A stretch of 58,239 bases of DNA, counting the filler, from Jimgerdemannia flammicorona (taxonomy: Eukaryota): the NCBI GenBank assembly GCA_003990765.1. It is 3 parts of 3 records of this genome, joined end to end, with 100 filler letters (N's around TTAATTAATTAA, not from the genome) between each part and the next. Parts side by side here need not be neighbours in the genome. Positions count along the whole stretch, not along the records: positions 1 to 19,348 come from RBNJ01001960.1; positions 19,449 to 38,794 come from RBNJ01001961.1; 1 more part is not named here. One strand, given 5' to 3'. Positions 13,101 through 25,702 of the stretch are shown piece by piece. Within the stretch, counting starts at the first letter, position 1. Each line of letters begins with the position of its first letter. The notes under the pieces were generated by a model. It made no database searches, was not told the origin of the DNA, and saw nothing but the letters and a program-made list of their open reading frames with translations. A program made the translations under genes and the position numbers.

Positions 13101-13669
13101 GAAGTTGTGGCATCCTTTCTTGATAGTCAGAGAATGGTTTACCCAATCGATCATGGGGTTCTCTTGTTTCAGCCATGGGGTTCTAAGAATGATTTCATTA
13201 TCAGGAAGTGGTACAATTCAGTGGGTAACATATACTCAATAGTCACCAATTCAGAAGGGTAGATTGCAGACTTCTTTGCTAATAACATGTGAGGTTCCAT
13301 CAGCTGTGGCAACTGCTTGAGTTTGTTATACCAGAGAGGTGAAGACCTTAAGTCTGTTGGCTGTTTCTTTATTGATGAAGTTGCCTAAGGCACCACTGTC
13401 TATCATAATCTTGACAGGTGCTCAGTTGACAAAAGCTTTAAGTGTAAGCAGTTTGTCTGATCCAATAGTAGTGATTTCAGTTGTAGGAGCTTTCCTTCTG
13501 TTGGTTCTTCTTTGAGCCAGTTCATTGACACAAGAGAAGCAATCATCAATCATTCGAGAAGAGTACATTTCAATGCCATGGGGGCATCAGCCACTTGGTA
13601 CATATCTATCTTTGATTTTCTTATAGAATTGTTCTTCTTTATTCATAGTAGATTGGGCTGGGGCCTTGT

Positions 13670-14080
13670 TTGATGAACCAAATCCTTTGGATCCTCAGAT
13701 AGTGGGCAGTAGTTCAGGGACTTCCTTGACTATCAGAGTTGATTCAATTTTTTTGAATAGAATCTGGGTAATGCAGAACCCAATAGGAATCTTGAAGGGT
13801 GTCCAACTGTGGTTTTGGATGAGGACAATAATTTCACCTGTATAATCTTCATCAATGACTCCTCCTTCTACTGAGAGTCCTTTCAATGCTAGGCTGCTGT
13901 GACAGTATATTCTTCCAACATGTCCTTCAGGGATTTGGATACTGATTCCTGTATAGACTTGTTTGACTTCTCGGTTGGAAACTATAGCTTCTTCAGCTGC
14001 ATACAGATCATATCCAGCTGCTTTTTGACTTCCTTTGGTTGGGGCCTTAGCAGTTTGTCTTAACTTGACAAAGTCCAGTA
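13670..14080 (-). pseudogene. dUTPase domain of element B, between gag and protease
   Basis: KAPTKGSQKAAGYDLYA, HSSLALKGLSVEGGVIDEDYTGEI, ITQIL, GSKGFGSS. The protease (MIDSGALGNFI, about 13380-13410) lies downstream. Confidence 0.92.
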
Positions 14081-16087
14081 TTCTAGTGGTCAGGTTATTG
14101 AGGTGGTGCAGAGTGGTAACAGTTGCTCATATTACTGTTTGGGGTTTTCAGTTGGAGCAGGCACTGGCTATATGTCCTGTCTTTCAGTAATAGAAGCATG
14201 CTCTGCTTCTTCAAAGTTCATTTCTTTCACCTTCGGTGAGTTTCTTGAAGGTACTCAGCTGGGTGGGTTTATAATTTCTGGGTGTCCATGAGGTGGATGT
14301 GAAGGGAGCTTGGGATGCCTCATACTTGGGCTCTTCTTTCTTGATCCAAGTCTTTTTCTTGTTGTTAAATTGTCTTTGAGGCAGAATTGGTCCAGCTGTT
14401 AGGATTCACTTGACCATAGTCTTGATTCTTACTAGGCACCATTATTGGTAATCACAACTGACTGGGTGGCCTTGTTCACAGATTTTTCTCATAAGTCATT
14501 CAGGCAGTATATCAAATAAATGGTCTGCTCTTGTACCATTTTATGCTTCATCATTGGCAATATATCCTAAGCCAACAGTGTTCAGGAGTGACTTGAGTTT
14601 TATACAGAAGGTTTCAAATTCTTCTTTGCCATGTATATCAAATTTGAAGTTGCAGAGTTTTACTTGAGATTCAGCAATTATGGTTTCACTGCAGTATTGA
14701 GCAATCATGAGTTGTTTGAGTACAGGGGCTGCAGGTTGGGCTCCATATCCTGGGGCATTGTTTGCTATATTCTGAGTAACTACTGCAGGTTGGGTATCCC
14801 ATGTGAGGGTTTTTTCAGGAAGGGTTTGCTACCATTCTTCAGCAGGTCCTTAGAAGAATGTAACAACTTTGCAGACATAGGCTGTAGTGGTAGCAAAGAG
14901 TTGTTCCAGAGTATGGTCTTGATTGTTTGTCAGAATGTGATCAGCCACTCACTCATTGGTCCATTGATTGGCTTCGAAATTGGTGTCAACTACACTAATA
15001 AAGCTTTGGACTTCTTGTGCAGTACCATTGAAGGTAGGTAGGCTCAGATTTTTGGTAGGTTGGGTCTGTTCGGCTAAGGCAGTAATGGTTGCTGCTATTA
15101 TGGCTACTTGGACTATGAGGTCTAGAATCTGTTGGTTTGCTATATTGTTTACTGGAGATAGTTGAACTACTGGTAGTAGTGTTACTAGTACTACTTGAGG
15201 TACTGGTACAGAGTGTGAGGGTATTCTTTGAGTCTGTGTAAGTTGCTGGAGTAGTAGTTGTGGGTCTGGAGTAAGGGCTTAATAGATAGCTATCTGTTGC
15301 TATGTAGGTGTGTTCTGTCCTGATGGAAGTGCATCTCCTTTGGTGGTGTATCTGGGATTGAATTCACTGAGATACTCCTCCTCTTCTTTGGTTTGGTCTC
15401 CATGTAATTGGGTTTGCTCAGCATCAAAGTAGACAGAATCAGTGGTATATCTGATTTCAGATGGGCTTAATTAAAAGTCAAGTTCAGGTTCAGTATTGGT
15501 TTCAGATTCAGGTAGGGCTGTAGCAGGGCCTGCTTCTGGTTCAGAGTCAGATAGTTGATGAAGGGTTTCTCTTGCTTCTTTTTTAAGAATATGGCAGGCC
15601 TTGCTGTTCTGGAATTGGTAGTATAATGCGGTCTTGGTCCTGGTGTGGTAAAAGTTGGTAGAGTTGAGCCACTTAGCTACAGAGACTTGGGCTTTGTAAG
15701 GAACTAAGGCTAGAAAGACTGCTGCTGGTTATCCTAGGTCACTCAGATTTGTGGAGCTGACAAAACTCTTGTTGAGAAGAGTAAAGAAGGCTTCTATAAG
15801 ACCTTCTTCATCTTGACTTGCTGGGTGTAGAGCAAGGAGTTTGGTAAATAGGGTTTTGCCTATTTGCTGATTTAACTGGAGTATTTCTTTCTTCGAATGA
15901 AGTTTGTCCCACTTGTTGTAGATATAGAGGTCAAATTGTCCTTGTATATCAGGTTCAATTCTCTTCAGATTGTCAGATGGTTCAGGATAAATTCTAGTTC
16001 AGAGGTTGGGCTTTATACCAACTTGTAGGAATTCGTAGAGGGGTTTGTAGTGGGGTGAGAAAGTGTCTTGAAGTGGAATTGGATTGT

Positions 16088-16102
16088 AAACCACTGCTAC
16101 TA
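16088..16102 (-). promoter_or_regulatory. Putative initiator tRNA-Met PBS of element B
   Basis: TAGTAGCAGTGGTTT 3 nt after the 5' LTR, consistent with a G-to-A decayed TGGTAGCAG. Confidence 0.6.
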
Positions 16103-16105
16103 AGT

Positions 16106-18094
16106 TATAAGAGAGTTGCTTTTTAGAGTAACTGTTACATAGTTCTAGAAGGGTTTTCTGGAAGTTCTGGATGTTCTGGAAGACCATTTTCTTATGGTCA
16201 AGATCAATTTCATATGGAGTATATCCTCTATACTTATTGATTTCAAGTTTGAGTTAACATCTCAACCAAAGTCCTTTTTTGGACTAGTTCTGAATATTCA
16301 GGATTTTCCATATTTCAGAAAGTTCAAGAAACTAAGACCAGCTTAGTTGAATTGGCATATCACTGCAGACAATATTCAATTAGGAAATTTCGTAACAGGG
16401 AACCTAACAGGGAGCAGATTTACTTAAGAGTAGTTTGTAGATTATTAAATAGATTTATTCACTATTCATGATATTGCTATACTAGGAGTAGTTGTGTAAA
16501 GGGATATTGTAGGGAAGTGCTCAGGAGTTGTGTTCAGATTGTTCAAGTCTTTCAAGTCTGAGATTCTGAGGTCTGAGAGAGGGGGTATTTATACTAGTGA
16601 GGGGCTATCTGGACTTTGCTAGATATGGATATAGTACTAAGTGCCTTGCTGAGTTGGAATGCAGTCACATCGTATAAGGCTAATCTAACTATACTATGAC
16701 TGCTAAGCTAATTATAGGTTTAGACACTATCTGGGTAGTCTTTGATGACATCACTATCAATGACATCATCTCTGATGAAGTAGTCATCTAGAAAGAGTGG
16801 TTCGTAGATTACTTCTCCTTGTTCACTGAGATAATAATATATTGGAACTTCATCACTATCCCACAAGATAGCATTATATGTCTCATATGCTGAATAAGAT
16901 ATTGGGGGGCAAAGGAGTGGTGCATCATCTTTGCTTTCATCAGATTTGCTGTCTGCATACCTTCTGTAGATTACAGTACTATGAGTTATGGGGTTGTAGT
17001 ATGCTGGTGGCTGTGGTTCATATCACTCATACTCAGGTGGTGGAGTGGTTGGTTTGATCTCGAGGGTTGTCTGGAGGTACAGGTTGTGTTCTCCAGTCTC
17101 TTCATTATAGTTGAAGTAATCGAGAGTGAATATAGATTAGTATTCATACCAGTGGTCATTGTCCCAATAAGTCTCATATATGGTTATGAACTGTTGTAAG
17201 TTCATTGGCAAGGTTGGCAGTGTGATTAGTGTTGGCAGGGATCCTTGGCTTGAGGTCATGTCAGTGTCAGAGGGATCATTATCTTCTGCTTCAACTGGAT
17301 TATATTGTAGATATCCTTCATAGTATATCCAATTTGGAGCATTTGTAGGATGTGGTCATTGGAGTGCAGGAAGGTTCTGTCTGTGGTCTGGACATACTCA
17401 AGGTACTTGTGGTTGAGTTCTTGTATCATATTGTTGATTTGGCCATAGGACAGAATAGTAACCATTTCACTGGTAGTAACTTGGAGGTAGGAAATAAAGG
17501 TGCTGTACTTGTAAAAGAGTTTTCTGTATTTGTGAGCAATGAGCTTCTAGTGTTGAGACATCTAGGTAATATCCATGTCATGGTGGTATTTGATCATGTC
17601 TTCTAGGAGGCAGCCAATCTGGTAGTAGCTTGAGATTTGTCTAATTTGGTGGGCCTTGTTAAGCATATTCAGGGCATTCCATCAGGCTTCCACGAAGTAG
17701 AGGGGTGCTAGGCTATAGATATTCATGAGAGGCAGAGGGGGTGTGGCTCGATTGACAATAGCATTCCAAATGTCAGCATAAATATAGTTATAGATCTCAG
17801 TGGTCATGTTTGTATATATTCAGAAGTTGTAGTTACTGTTTGTTTTGGTTTTCTGTTCGACATATCTTAGTGCTCAGTATATATATATTTGGTCCTGATT
17901 GGTAAGATTCCATTTATATAAATCTTGTATTCCATGACTTTGTATTGACTCAGCTTTGTGCACTGTGACTTTGGTTTGACTCAGCTTTGTGATTGAGCAG
18001 GTGATTTCCAGATTTGTTTGGAGGTTGTGTGATTTCAGTAGCTTGTTTAGAGGGTGACATGTGATTTCTGTGGCTTGGAGGTTGTGCACTTACA
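16106..18094 (-). repeat. 5' LTR of element B (~2.0 kb)
   Basis: Direct repeat of 7577-9587, flanked by the TSD ATTAT. Confidence 0.95.
16720..17807 (-). pseudogene. Second copy of the U3 accessory ORF (5' LTR of element B)
   Basis: Same reading frame as 8201-9298; includes ORF fragments 17256-17465 and 16986-17177. Confidence 0.7.
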
Positions 18095-18138
18095 ATTATA
18101 GTTATTGTAGACCTCTTTACCAAATGGATAGAGGGAGG
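18095..18138 (+). mobile_element. Continuation of element A integrase after element B
   Basis: GNYYI|IVIVDLFTKWIEG is restored when element B and one TSD are removed. Confidence 0.85.
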
Positions 18139-18242
18139 TAGTGCTCCGAACGAGTCAATTCGAATCAAATCCGGATTCGATTCGTCACATGACGGTTTGA
18201 TTCGAATCTCAAATCCGAAGCCATCCGGATCCACTCGGATTT

Positions 18243-18586
18243 AATCCGAATCGCCCCATCCGAATCGCCCCATCCGAATCACCCATCCGAACCACCCCAA
18301 TCCGAATCACTCAATCTGAATCACTCAATCCGAATCGCCCCATCCGAATCGCCCCATCCGAATCACCCATCCGAATCACCCATCCGAATCACCCATCCGA
18401 ACCACTCCAATCCGAACCACTCAATCCAAACCACTCAATCCGAATCACTTAATCCGAATCACTCAATCCGAATCACTCAATTCGAATCCTCCAATTCGAA
18501 TCCACCAATTCAAATCCTCCAATTCGAATCCTTCAATCCGAATCCTCATCCGAATCCTTCAACCGAATCCTCCAATCCAAATCCTC
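18243..18586 (+). repeat. Subterminal tandem 13-14 bp repeats (core ATCCGAATC) of the hAT
   Basis: More than 20 units such as ccgaatcgccccat, ccgaatcacccat and ccgaatcactcaat; typical of hAT transposase-binding arrays. Confidence 0.85.
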
Positions 18587-18681
18587 CACATGACTCATAT
18601 GCCGGATGCGTCCACAACACAACACACACACACGCATACACACACATGCATACACATGCACACGCAAACATGCAAACACAC

Positions 18682-19328
18682 ATGTCGACAGATCAGTCTT
18701 CAACAGTTCACAGTACTGATGATGCTTCAAGTCAAACATCCCTGATAGTTCCACACCTTCCATGCAATCCTCGCTCCAAAATCTGGCAACATTGTACTAA
18801 GATAGGAGATGATGTTGTTTGTAATTATTGCAGGTAAAAAATTAAGACATACCTATTGACACTTTGTCTGACACACACATGATATTGTTTGACACACCCA
18901 TGATATTGTTTCATCCACCCCCATGAACTGCACCAGCCAGAAGTTCAAAATGCTTGGGGGTACGACTTCGAACATGAATCGACACATAAAAGACAAGCAC
19001 TCTGACAAAATCAAAAAGAACACGGAGACAAATAAAATCGACATCCAAGCTGTGGTGGGTACGTTTATCTGATTGCCTGACCATTTCTGTACCAACAATG
19101 CCATTTAATCAAAAATTTTAGCCATACTCTTTGGCAGAATTTCGAAATTGGCTCGTTCGCTGGATTGTGTGCACAGACCAGCCATTCACAACCATCGAGA
19201 GTGATCAATTGCACAGCATCTTTGGCCTCCTCAAGCATGATTTATATTTGCCAAGTGCCGATACTATTCGCAAAGATGTCCTGGAGGCCTATAGGAAGGA
19301 GCACGACAATCTCCGCCAGATACTTCAG
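18682..19328 (+). CDS. hAT transposase N-terminus (3 exons, partial): BED zinc finger plus start of the following domain
   Basis: RSKIWQHCTK...VVCNYC | GTTSNMNRHIKDKH | LVRWIVCTDQPFTTIES...LPSADTIRKDV, with GT-AG introns at about 18833-18937 and 19055-19121. Confidence 0.8.
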
Positions 19329-19348
19329 GTAAAATAAGGGCAGCACCA

Positions 19349-19448
19349 NNNNNNNNNNNNNNNNNNNNNNNNNNNNNNNNNNNNNNNNNNNNTTAATTAA
19401 TTAANNNNNNNNNNNNNNNNNNNNNNNNNNNNNNNNNNNNNNNNNNNN
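19349..19448. other. Assembly gap with artificial six-frame-stop linker
   Basis: N44-TTAATTAATTAA-N44. Confidence 0.97.
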
Positions 19449-19455
19449 AAAAAAA

Positions 19456-19458
<3 letters not shown>

Positions 19459-19492
<34 letters not shown>

Positions 19493-22400
19493 GTCATGTG
19501 GACTTTCCTTTATTACTGCAATCTATATTAACAATACAATATTACTCCCAACCCTTCACCCAATACTCCTTGGATCCCCCTCACTCTCTTCTACCTCTTT
19601 CTATTGGAAGACAACCCAGTCACCAACTACACAGATCTGCTCTCCACTTTTCTAGTACATACACTTCACCAATTCCTGTCATCTACTCCCACCAGGCCCT
19701 CACCCCCACCACCAGCTATTCAAAATATCCAATAGCAGCCATTCTCACTATGCCACTCTATCTTTAATCCCTATCTGCCAACCCTCCTCAAATACATATA
19801 CATAACCAGTGCCTGGCTAGCCTAACCCAAATTGCCAAAGCCCAGCCCAGGGTCAGCCATTTGTCCCCCACCCTCCCCACCAACCTGCAATAGAGCTCTC
19901 CCCATCTCCCCCCTTCCCCTCCCACCAGGGCCTGTAGCCCCAACCTATCTACAATATAATATCAAAAAACCCCTATAATATCATACTTACCAAGCCAATG
20001 TTCAGGCATTTGAATCACTCCCCCTTCCTGTCCAACATCTAAGCATTCCTCATACTCAAACCAGCCATCTGCTACCAAGTATCTAGACTGAAAGTTCAAC
20101 ATCACATTCCACCTTAGAAACCACCACCACACTACCTAGAACTTGGGGGGGGAGCCACTATATCACTTGCTTGCTCTAAGGCCAAAGCCCATTCCAGTTC
20201 CACCCCTCACTGATCCCCACTCTCTGCCATGCAGTAGACCACAGGTCTCCCCCTAGGCCCTGCAAGCACTCCATACTATCGCCAAGCCAAAAGTTCTCTA
20301 TCAAAGTACTGCCCAATAGAAGCCTGTCCTATCTCTACATCTGTGGTCCCCAATCACTCTTGCCTTCATCACTCTGCCATCGAAGACCAATCCTCCAAGC
20401 ACCATCCACCACCCCCTACCAAAAGCTCTTATATTGTATCCTCTCACTCCTATCCAGGGTCACCATTACAAGCAGATTGCCAGATGCACTATGGGGGGAA
20501 TACTGGGCCTCCCACACCCTTTGTATGAGTGGTACCCACTCCTGTCTCCTTAACTCACTCACTCTCTTCAGCCACTATGCTTATAGGAAATGAAGGTATT
20601 TGGAGAAGTCCACCAAGCCCAGTCCTCCACCATCCATCAGTAGAGTTAGTACCTCCTATCTTATCTGACTTTGCCACTCAGCCCAGATCCATGCCCTCAC
20701 TATCTTCAGAAGGTACCTGACCACCCATGCTGGGAAATCCAGATGGTACTCCACATATCACAGCTTTAGCAGCCAATATATATTCAGCACCATCACCCTT
20801 CCTACCAAGGAAATGTGTCAACTGCCCCACCATAAAAGTATATTCTCCATACTAGAAGTTGCTATTTCTACCAAGTGCAAGAAAGGAGGGATCCATATAC
20901 AGAGAAGTAGATCTCCAGATAGTGAACAGGATCTCTTATCAGCACTATCTTCCCAATTACTTTGCCACCAACTATTCTGCTATCTAACACTATAGTCTCA
21001 TATTTATGCCAATTGAGTCTAGCACCAGAACCTCTCTCATACCATTCCACAGTTCACTGTAATTTCTCCACATCTGCCAATAAACCCAATCCAACTACCA
21101 TATCATCTGCAAAGGCCCCCACCTTCCAATTAATCCTCAGAATATCTAAACCCCTAATTTGACACCTGATCCTATCTACTAGGGGCTCTAAGGAAAGGGC
21201 ATATAAGATGGGTGACAAAGGATCCCTCTGTAGTACCTCATGACTCAGAAAGAAAGTGGTACCTCTGTGTCTATTGACCACCAAGGCTGCTTGACTGTCC
21301 TCCAAAAGACTGATTAATAATCTCCAGAACTCTGGCGAAACACCCACCTGCTTCAGCACTCCTTCCAGCCAGATCCTCCACACTCTATCATATGTATGCC
21401 TTCTTCTGATCTAGAAACACCAGTTGTCCATCAACCCTGGTAGTCCAAGTCCCTTCAATCACTCCATGGACCCAGGCCATCCCATCTTGAATCAACTGAC
21501 CACTTACAAAACCTCATTGTTCAACTCCCAGCACTTGCTGAGTGACCCCCTGCAGCCTAGCTACTAAAACCTTCATAACCAGCTTGCAGTCCATATCAAG
21601 GAGCATGATTGGATGCCAGTTCTTCCAATCTTCCCTTCTTCCCTTATCTTTAAAGAGCAAAGAAACCAGCTCTAGCCACTGGCCCCCAATCTAAGTTCCA
21701 GACTAAAGAACCTCATCATACATCCCTGTCAACTCCTCCAACACTATCTCCACCCTGGCCATCTTTTTCCAAAAATCCCAGGGAAGCCCATCCTCTCCCA
21801 ATGCCATCTCCTTACTTGTCAAAGCTAGGACCTTGCAAACCTCCTCCCCTCTCACTCAGTCCCTCAGAGCCCCTAGACCCATTGCTGGGTTTGGATGCCA
21901 ACCCTCTAACTGCTGTTCAATATCCAAGGCATCATCACCCCCTTCTTCCTCACTCCATAGGCCCTCTCAGCAGGACCTAAGCAATCTCAGAATTGCTGGA
22001 GTCTCCACCACTATCTCCCCATCTTCATCCAAGACACCATCCTACTACTGCTTAGTTCTTTACACTTGTAGTATCTGCAATAAAAACTGAGTGGGTTGCT
22101 CCCCTTTCTCCAATCCTTGCCACCTCAACCTTGTCACTATCTCCTTCAATTTAGCCTCCTCCTCCAGTCATAGCACCTCCTTAAATTCCCTGACTTCTAT
22201 CTGAATTCTTGCAATGTACCAGTCTACCACCTCTCTGTCTTTCAGCTCTCCTGCCCATCTCTCCAGGAGTATCACCAGCCTCTGTGAGGCCCAGTGTACT
22301 CTCTGCCGCTGCTGAGTACTCCTCTCTTTCCCTGTCTCTCTCCAATATCTCTGAGCACTTAATTTCAGCCTTTTTTAATGATCTCCTATTGTCAGACCCC

Positions 22401-25400
22401 ACTTCTGCCATTGACTGATTTTTCCAATAACCTCCATCTCTCAGTCTGTCTATAAATTGCCATCCTCCAACAAAGAGAAATTGAGCTGCCAATGTCCAGG
22501 TTCATCCCTACTTCCCCTGAACCTCCCCCCCCCAAGCAGACCCCAGTGATCAGATCATGGGCACCAAACCACCTCCAGCATGGCCCAGACACCTACTTCC
22601 TAGCATTCTGCTGTCAGAATCCAGTCGATCCTAGAACCCAGCCCAGCTGCCCAGTAAGTATAAATTCAACAATCCTCCCAGAACTGCCTCCCGGAGTCCA
22701 CCAGAGAGCTTAGCCTCTCCATCTCTATCCAACTATCCAACCTGCCACTTCAGCCCTTCATCCCTCTCCCACCATTAGTCTGGTCCACTACATTATCTCT
22801 GACCATGTTGAAATTCCCCCCCAGGCATTCAATTTCAGCCTCAACCATGATACCAGTCTCTTGCAAATCTCTGATCCAGTCCACTTGCTCCCCCCTCTCT
22901 GCCAGGCAATAATATGACCCAACCATCAAAGGGCTCCAACTAAGCCTTTTCCACACTCTCCATACCAACTTACTCTCCCAATGTTCTATATCACCAATGT
23001 CCCCCATCCCCTTCCATATAAGGATACTCATCTGCTCAAACCAAACTACCACTCCCCCCCATTCCCTAGTCCAATCCTAAAAGTCCACATCTGCCTTGTA
23101 ACATACATCCTATAGTAAGAAGAGATCTGCATCCAGCCCCTTGAGCCAACCAAATATGAACCTTCACTGAGCTGCCCCCCTTAGCCTATTCATATTTAAA
23201 GAGAATATTCTAGTTATACTGTTCATATTGAAAAATGTTTGAATGTGATAACTTAGTCTAGTATTCTATACTCATCTCATCCCCAGCCAGATTCAATTAC
23301 CTCCACTTCCAAGTTCCCCTCTACTACAGTCTGAGCATCCAATGCCTCTAAGATTTTCTGACATTCTACTCCATCCACTACTTCCATCTCTGCCCAATAG
23401 TCTGCATAGACTACTCTCCACTTTTTCAGTCCCTTTCTTGATCTCCACAAGTAAGCCACCCTATCATTTAATCCTTCGAAGTTCCTCCTCTCTCTGATCA
23501 TTGATCTGATATTCAACTGATTTTAATAGTACTGCCAGTATCTCATTCCTAACTTTCTTTGACATCTTCTCTTCATGAAGAATTTCTTCCCAATACCATT
23601 CTTCTATAACTCAGAAGTCCTCTCCCCCCAGCTTCTCTGCTGTTACCTCTTTCAAAGTCTTCCACAGCTACTTCTCCTTATCTACCACCTCTGCCATACT
23701 CTGAGCAACCTGACCATCCCCCACCCCTGGGTCCACCAAAGTGCTCCTTCTTACTGACTCATCCCACTCCTCATCCAGGATATCCAGTAACTTCTCCTCA
23801 CCCTCTGCCCTCCCTGGAACACTATACTGAGGTTAGACTCCTTTGCTTATCTTTGTATCTACCTCTATATTGCCCTGCTTCTCTTTTCTCAGCCCAACCT
23901 AGGCCCTACCTCAGGCCATCCCACTTCCCCCCACCCAGTCACTTGTATGCAATTCTACTATCCCATCTCCTATACTACCACTAGCTCCACCACCACCCAA
24001 CTTCACCAGCAACTCCTTCTGGATTCTCCTTCCTTGCATCTTCTCCCAGGTCACCTTGTCTACTCTGGTCCTCTTCTTCTCGACAACTTCCACAACTGTC
24101 TTTGCTTCATACTCCTGCCAAGCCAATCTTCTCCTCTTGACTGCCCCCTCCAGGTCCTCAAGAGCCTCAAGCAAATCTTCCTCCTCCTTCAGAGTCCTCT
24201 TTACTTATATGACCTTGCACTCTACTGGACCCCACTTCAGAGTCACTGACCAATCTCTCATCTTTCCTATTGTCTTCTTTCCAGCCAGCCTCACCTGGAC
24301 ATCAATGTCACCAGTTCTAAGCTCTGTTCCTTCTCAGACCTTGAATCCAATGTCCACAATCTTCCTATACTCCTTGACCACCCCCACAATCAACTCTCTG
24401 GCCCTCTCTCTCAACACCATAGGAAGATCCAATATTATCAACTATACCACTCAGAGGTCCCAGTATATATACCTGGCCATAGAAACCATAACTCTGCCTA
24501 CTGTTACCCCCTTCTCCATGGCAGCCAATAATGCTTTCTCTTCCTCAAACCCCACCTCGATCCCTTCTTTCTCCTTCAAAAACTTCACCAATGCTGCCCC
24601 CTTCATCTTCTGTACCACCAGCCTCAGAATCATCCTCACAGTTACTGCTAAGCCCCAGAAGCACATCATGATGGCAAATTCTGACCTCAATTTCTTGAGT
24701 AACAGTACTGACACCATACCCATCACCCTATCTGCCAGGTCCCTGGGCCTCATGTCCATCTTCTGTCCTAATCTATCAACTACTGTCACATCCAGATTTT
24801 TTTTCAGATCCCCAGTCACAGCTCTATCAGCAGTCACATCACAAGCCCCTACTCCCTCCCCTCCCCTACCTCTGGACACTCTCCTGGACACTCCTCCCTG
24901 ACCCCCAGTAGTAGCTATCAATGTCTTCCCCAGGTCCAGCTATCTATCCAGACCTAAGGCCATCTTCCACATCTTGATCTTATCAGCAAAGGTCAACCTC
25001 TCCCCTCCTCACTGCCTCAAGCTGCCTCTCCCTCTACTACCAGTGCCTCAGCCCACCATTAAGGCCCCTGGCATCTCCAAACTATCTCTCCTCCTCCCCA
25101 TCTGTTGCCAGCTAAAGGCACTACTACTCTCCTAGCTAGTATGCTCACCAGTTCGATTGTTGCTATCTATATCAATAGTCATCTGTCACTAAAAACATTG
25201 GAAAAAATATTGTCAAAGTCTTGTGTCACCTGAATGGTACTGGTGAAAGGTGTTGCAAATTGTATACTCCCTAGTAGTAGGAAGAGCATGGTGTACAGAA
25301 TAAAATACAAACTACTAAATAATAACTAACCTAGATTTAATGGGGATATAGTATTTGATAGATGGTGAGGGAAGGTTTTGGCCTATATAGTCTAGATTCC

Positions 25401-25501
25401 CTTCCAATAAAAATCCGTGGGACTTTGAGTCCATTAAAAAAATAAAAAAAAGAAACCCCACAAAAGAGGCTGAGCAAAAAGACGAGTCACGTGCTGATCA
25501 T
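19459..25501 (-). mobile_element. Near full-length degenerate L1/Tx1-like LINE (ORF1 + APE-RT ORF2)
   Basis: Poly(A) tail (T-run from 19459). ORF2 starts at 23226 (MNSITRIFSLNMN...GGNFNMV endonuclease; VLQRDPLSPILY, AFADD RT). ORF1 spans about 23280-25190. The 5' boundary is approximate. Confidence 0.9.
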
Positions 25502-25702
25502 TTTTGGACCAGGGACTGTCAACTGTCAGGCTGTCAGGCTGTCAGGTTGAACGTTCAACGTAGAGCCTGCCACTTCATCATGATCCATTAAGACAAATTC
25601 CATATCGAATCACCCATCCAAACTCGACCAAGAACGGCAATGCTTTAATTTGCCCGTTTTTATTTCCAAAGAACTACCTCTACCCACAAAGAAAAGCACT
25701 GT

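Larger units (their letters stand above)
7577..18094 (-). mobile_element. Full-length degenerate chromovirus (Ty3/gypsy) B: LTR-gag-dUTPase-PR-RT-RNaseH-IN-chromodomain-LTR
   Basis: Two ~2 kb LTRs (TGTAAG...CTTATA) with a 5-bp TSD ATTAT (7572-7576 / 18095-18099). PBS, PPT AGAAGGGGAGAG (about 9589-9600), RT (DLRMCIDY, FDLRNGYWQI, YIDD), RNase H (TTDASDLALGAVL), IN (HNAPTAGHLG, DGQTERMN) and chromodomain are all readable. Confidence 0.95.
18139..19348 (+). mobile_element. Young hAT (Ac-like) DNA transposon, 5' part, truncated by the assembly gap
   Basis: TIR starts TAGTGCTCCGAACG, followed by subterminal repeats and a spliced BED-finger transposase. CpGs are retained. Confidence 0.88.

Noticed and set aside
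18243..18586. CRISPR-like or telomere-like array
   Set aside because: Units are 13-14 bp with no unique spacers and lie between a hAT TIR and its transposase, so they are subterminal repeats.
19393..19404. Palindrome TTAATTAATTAA within N runs (also 38839-38850)
   Set aside because: Artificial contig-joining linker; adjacency across the gaps cannot be trusted.
24056..24901. 281-aa plus-strand ORF, and similar ORFs at 50634-51242 and 51653-52246
   Set aside because: Ser/Thr/Pro-rich antisense shadows of LINE ORF1.
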